Positions 15,519 to 18,103 of a stretch of DNA of 18,103 nt are shown here, piece after piece. This DNA is from Pseudomonadota bacterium (lineage in GTDB: Bacteria; Pseudomonadota; Gammaproteobacteria; Burkholderiales; Burkholderiaceae_E). Location: contig JBDLQY010000047.1 in the NCBI GenBank assembly GCA_039800325.1, positions 1 through 18,103 of the forward strand, in the 5' to 3' direction. The position numbers and the translations under genes were made by a program. Below the pieces are notes generated by a model, which worked only from the letters and a program-made list of their open reading frames with translations, was not told the origin of the DNA and ran no database searches. How positions within the stretch are numbered: the first letter of the stretch is position 1; every line of letters begins with the position of its first letter.

Positions 15519-16042
15519 CTTCAGACCAAGGACCACAAAGGAACAGCGCGCCGGATGCGAGCGACAGCATCGCGAGGATTCGCAGTCTCGCCCACGAGCA
15601 CCCGCGAGAGCCCACTCAGCCGGCTACGAACCGCGCGGCCCATGGTTCGACGCACCCGCAAGCGGCGCGGCGCGGTCGCCTGCTCCCCAAGGCGTCGATC
15701 GTCGTCTTGTGTGGATGTGCGCTGGCGGCTCTGGGGGCGTATCACTTTTGGGGACAGCGGGCGCCACCACCGCTTTCGGAAAGTGTGCGCTCCGTCGGCA
15801 CAGCAATCGCCGAACATGTGCGCGCGCATGGAAGCTTGCCCGCTTCGCTCACCGAGTTGAATGCTTTCCCCAAGTCCGCGCAAGAACGCGATGCAGATGC
15901 ACTCAAGCAACCGCCTGGCGCCAGTCTTGAGTTCTTCTATTTCAAGATGCCGCCTAGCGACTTCACCCTCATTGGAAGGAATTCCGGTGAAACGTGGATC
16001 TATCAGCCCGGGCAGGCGGACCCTGTGCGCCGTCTACCTTGA
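15515..16042 (+). CDS. Hypothetical single-pass membrane protein, translationally coupled to the pilin
   Basis: The ATG at 15515 overlaps the pilin stop (ATGA). One TM segment (ASIVVLCGCALAALGAYHFW) follows a charged N-terminal region. No named motif. Confidence 0.55.
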   Translation: MTSDQGPQRNSAPDASDSIARIRSLAHEHPREPTQPATNRAAHGSTHPQAARRGRLLPKASIVVLCGCALAALGAYHFWGQRAPPPLSESVRSVGTAIAEHVRAHGSLPASLTELNAFPKSAQERDADALKQPPGASLEFFYFKMPPSDFTLIGRNSGETWIYQPGQADPVRRLP

Positions 16043-16067
16043 GCTTCGCAACTCGATTTGCGAAGCT
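16042..16067 (+). terminator. Operon-end hairpin (perfect 10-bp stem, no T tract)
   Basis: AGCTTCGCAA (16042-16051) / TTGCGAAGCT (16058-16067) with loop CTCGAT, starting at the last base of the stop codon. It is followed by GGCACC, so it is not a canonical intrinsic terminator. Confidence 0.4.
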
Positions 16068-16234
16068 GGCACCCTGGCTTGAAGGTCTGTCATCAGATGA
16101 CCGGACTTCGTTGCAGCGCGAGCAGCTGTCGCCTGCAAGTTCCTCGCGGCAGGGCGCTGGAAGACACACCGCCTGATGCTGATACCAGGCGGCAACAGGC
16201 GCCATCTCTGCTGATGTGGGTGAGGTTGGCTTCT

Positions 16235-16247
16235 GCCCACCAATTCC
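16235..16247 (+). repeat. 13-bp direct repeat GCCCACCAATTCC, copy 2
   Basis: Exact copy of 11500-11512. It lies in the intergenic region after the pilus-like operon. Confidence 0.35.
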
Positions 16248-16279
16248 GGTTTCGAACTACCCCCGAGAAGTTGGTGGCC

Positions 16280-16292
16280 CAAAAGGGCTCGT
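16280..16292 (+). repeat. 13-bp direct repeat CAAAAGGGCTCGT, copy 2
   Basis: Exact copy of 6779-6791. It lies just before the drop to lower GC at about 16300. Confidence 0.35.
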
Positions 16293-16434
16293 TCAACTAA
16301 CTCGCTTAGTTTTCAGGCCCCCTGTTTTTGGTGGGGTCGGGGATTCGAAGTCGGAGCTTGCCGGTTGGACGTTCAAAAATTCAGAGTTCGTGCTACCATT
16401 CGTCGATGCGATTCAACTTATCAACGAAAAAGAA

Positions 16435-16758
16435 ATGACGACCTCAAAGGCGTGGACCCTCGATGACGTGGCCAAGACTTTTCGCGCGTGCGAGAGCCTG
16501 TTCCACGCAATGGGTGATCCTGCTCGGCAACAGATCGTCTTGCTGCTGGCCGAGCATGAGCGCTTGAATGTGAATCAAATCACCGACCTGATGCATCTCT
16601 CACGCCCCTCCATCTCTCATCATCTGAAAGTGCTCAAAGATGCTGGCATGGTCAGTATTGCGCGCGAGTCGCGAGAAAACTTTTACAGCCTGTTGTGGGA
16701 TGAGCCGATTGGTCGCCTGAAGTTGCTGATTGAGCAGAGCGAGATCGCCTGTAGGTAA
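16435..16758 (+). CDS. ArsR/SmtB-family transcriptional regulator
   Basis: Winged-helix pattern (FHAMGDPARQQIVLLLAEHERLNVNQITDLMHLSRPSISHHLKVLKDAGMV). Starting at ATG 16435 gives 107 aa, typical for the family. The ORF-track start at 16216 was rejected. Confidence 0.85.
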   Translation: MTTSKAWTLDDVAKTFRACESLFHAMGDPARQQIVLLLAEHERLNVNQITDLMHLSRPSISHHLKVLKDAGMVSIARESRENFYSLLWDEPIGRLKLLIEQSEIACR

Positions 16759-16819
16759 ATCCTTTTTTTCACCAATCCGTCGATATGTTTCGACCATTCA
16801 CCCAAAGGAAAACCAACCC

Positions 16820-17605
16820 ATGAAATCGAACCCAGTCGTTTTGATCACCGGCGCTTCTGGCGGCATTGGCAAGGCTCTGTGCGAAGAGTTTGCCAAGAAC
16901 GGCTATGACCTGATCTTGGCCGCTCGTAGCGTCGACAAGATGCAAGCACATGCCGCAGACCTGCAACACCGCTTCAAGATTCAAGTCACCTCCATCGGTG
17001 CAGACCTCGAAAGCCCAAAGGGCGCTGAGCAGCTGCATGCCGAAATCAAGAAGTCCGGCAAAGTGCTGACCGCCTTGGTCAACAACGCTGGCTACGGCGT
17101 ATTTGGTGAGTTCAAAGACTCTTCGCTGGCTTCTGAACTGGCCATGATGCAGCTCAACATGAACACGGTCGTTGCGCTGACAAAGTTGTTCCTGCCAGAT
17201 CTGTTGGCGACGCGCGGGAAGATTCTGAACACCGCCTCAACAGCAGCCTTTCAGCCAGGACCCTACATGGCGGTTTACTGCGCCACCAAGTCTTTCGTAT
17301 TGAGCTTTTCTGAGGCGATTGCCTCTGAGTTGGAAGGCACGGGCGTCACCGTCACAGCCTTTTGTCCTGGTCCGACTGCCTCGGGCTTTCAAGAAAAGGC
17401 AGACCTTGGTAACTCGGCTCTGATCAAGGGAAAAAAACTGCCCACATCGGAAGAAGTTGCAGCACTGGGATACCGCGCCATGCAACGCGGACAGCGCGTC
17501 TATATCCCTGGCGTCGTCAATTGGGTCATGGCCCAAAGCATGCGTTTTACGCCGCGCGATCTGGCCACCAAAGTGGTCAAGATGTTGATCAAGCCTGTCG
17601 CATAA
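16820..17605 (+). CDS. Short-chain dehydrogenase/reductase (SDR) family oxidoreductase
   Basis: TGASGGIGKA cofactor motif, NNAG, and catalytic YCATK (YxxxK). AAAGGAAAA lies upstream of the ATG at 16820. Confidence 0.9.
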   Translation: MKSNPVVLITGASGGIGKALCEEFAKNGYDLILAARSVDKMQAHAADLQHRFKIQVTSIGADLESPKGAEQLHAEIKKSGKVLTALVNNAGYGVFGEFKDSSLASELAMMQLNMNTVVALTKLFLPDLLATRGKILNTASTAAFQPGPYMAVYCATKSFVLSFSEAIASELEGTGVTVTAFCPGPTASGFQEKADLGNSALIKGKKLPTSEEVAALGYRAMQRGQRVYIPGVVNWVMAQSMRFTPRDLATKVVKMLIKPVA

Positions 17606-17614
17606 GGTCTCACC

Positions 17615-18103
17615 ATGATGAACAACATGAGCGACTACTTCGTCGCCGAGAAGCAGGAGAGTGTCATTTTTGTTGTCGTCGGGCTGCTAGCGATTGGTTT
17701 CAGCCTGTGGCTATGGATGAATGGGCACCGTCTAAAGTCCATGGCCTATCCGCTGGTGGTGATTGCATTGATGCAGATTGTGGTGGGTGGCACCGTCTAT
17801 CTCCGAACCGACTCGCAAGTGTCCACCTTGAGCGCACAGTTACAGGTGAACCCTGTAGCCCTTAAAGCCGAGGAGACTGCACGCATGGAGACCGTCATGA
17901 AAAACTTTTCGATCTACAAATCGATCGAAATGCTGCTGTTGATTATGGGGGTCGGAATGATTGCCTTCTTCCAGCGTCACGACGTGGCTGCGGGTATTGG
18001 CGTGGGACTGGTATTGCAGGCGGCGTTCACACTGACGCTGGATATTTTTGCTGAGACCAGAGGCGCTGACTACTTGTCAGTGGTGCAGAGCATTACAACC
18101 TGA
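17615..18103 (+). CDS. Hypothetical integral membrane protein (about 4 TM segments)
   Basis: Begins 10 nt after the SDR stop. Hydrophobic segments include VIFVVVGLLAIGFSLWLW, YPLVVIALMQIVVGG, MLLLIMGVGMIAFF and GIGVGLVLQAAFTL. Ends with TGA at the window end. Confidence 0.55.
   Translation: MMNNMSDYFVAEKQESVIFVVVGLLAIGFSLWLWMNGHRLKSMAYPLVVIALMQIVVGGTVYLRTDSQVSTLSAQLQVNPVALKAEETARMETVMKNFSIYKSIEMLLLIMGVGMIAFFQRHDVAAGIGVGLVLQAAFTLTLDIFAETRGADYLSVVQSITT

Noticed and set aside
1616-15910. Many 60-215-aa ORFs nested in or antisense to the called genes (for example 1616-2047, 2213-2602, 5382-5915, 11834-12406, 13296-13943, 14961-15431, 15521-15910)
   Set aside because: These are typical spurious open frames of high-GC DNA. 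Their translations are Arg/Ala/Pro/Ser/Cys rich. Each fully overlaps an ORF with clear family motifs.
16329-16420. tRNA-like 3' end on the minus strand (rc: TTCGAATCCCCGACCCCACCA) with an upstream AATGGTAGCAC resembling a D loop
   Set aside because: I could not fold it. The T stem is 2 nt short, there is no complementary acceptor 5' strand, and neither a D stem nor an anticodon stem pairs. It may be a decayed tRNA remnant at an integration hotspot, but the evidence is too weak to call.
2162-16819. Longer N-terminal extensions offered by the ORF track (starts at 2162, 3845, 7769, 8265, 10495, 14727, 15419, 16216, 16730)
   Set aside because: The extensions overlap upstream genes or terminators and lack an RBS. 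Internal starts give a proper signal peptide, prepilin leader, RBS or family-typical length.
1-18103. CRISPR arrays, IS elements or transposases, rRNA, toxin-antitoxin pairs, and an excisionase next to the recombinase
   Set aside because: I found no regularly spaced repeats, no DDE or serine-recombinase-like ORFs, no rRNA-like sequence and no small AlpA/Xis-like ORF with an RBS.

Overview
High-GC bacterial chromosomal segment. The Burkholderiales-like origin is my inference from composition and gene content only. Composition is clearly mosaic. Spot counts of single 60-nt lines give about 70% GC at 3301-3360 and 13201-13260, but about 47-48% at 8701-8760 and 17101-17160.

Left to right:
(1) The 3' part of a Spy/CpxP (LTXXQ) family gene.
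(2) Two terminator hairpins and a displaced 3' fragment of a tRNA-Val(CAC)-like gene. This looks like an old integration junction.
(3) A LacI-family regulator preceded by a perfect 14-bp LacI/GalR-type operator palindrome. It is followed by an ABC importer (binding protein, two permeases, ATPase) and a GpdQ/CpdA-type metallophosphodiesterase.
(4) A lower-GC minus-strand module of three genes: a 166-aa ORFan with a disordered basic tail, a 157-aa ORFan, and a 526-aa exonuclease-less protein with family-A polymerase palm/fingers motifs.
(5) A 680-bp noncoding region with a perfect DnaA box and an AT-rich tract.
(6) A roughly 190-aa catalytic-domain-only tyrosine recombinase, similar in size to FimB/FimE.
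(7) A 560-bp noncoding spacer.
(8) A translationally coupled four-gene operon: a META-domain protein, a PilB/GspE ATPase with an extra C-terminal receiver-like domain, a type IV pilin with a C-terminal extension of two 4-Cys repeats, and a single-pass membrane protein. No platform, prepilin peptidase or secretin genes are present.
(9) A lower-GC ArsR / SDR / membrane-protein cluster.

I saw no rRNA, intact tRNA, CRISPR array or transposase. The best candidates for something undescribed are the orphan polymerase-like module and the minimal recombinase-linked type IV filament operon. All functional calls come from motif recognition by eye and have not been checked against databases.
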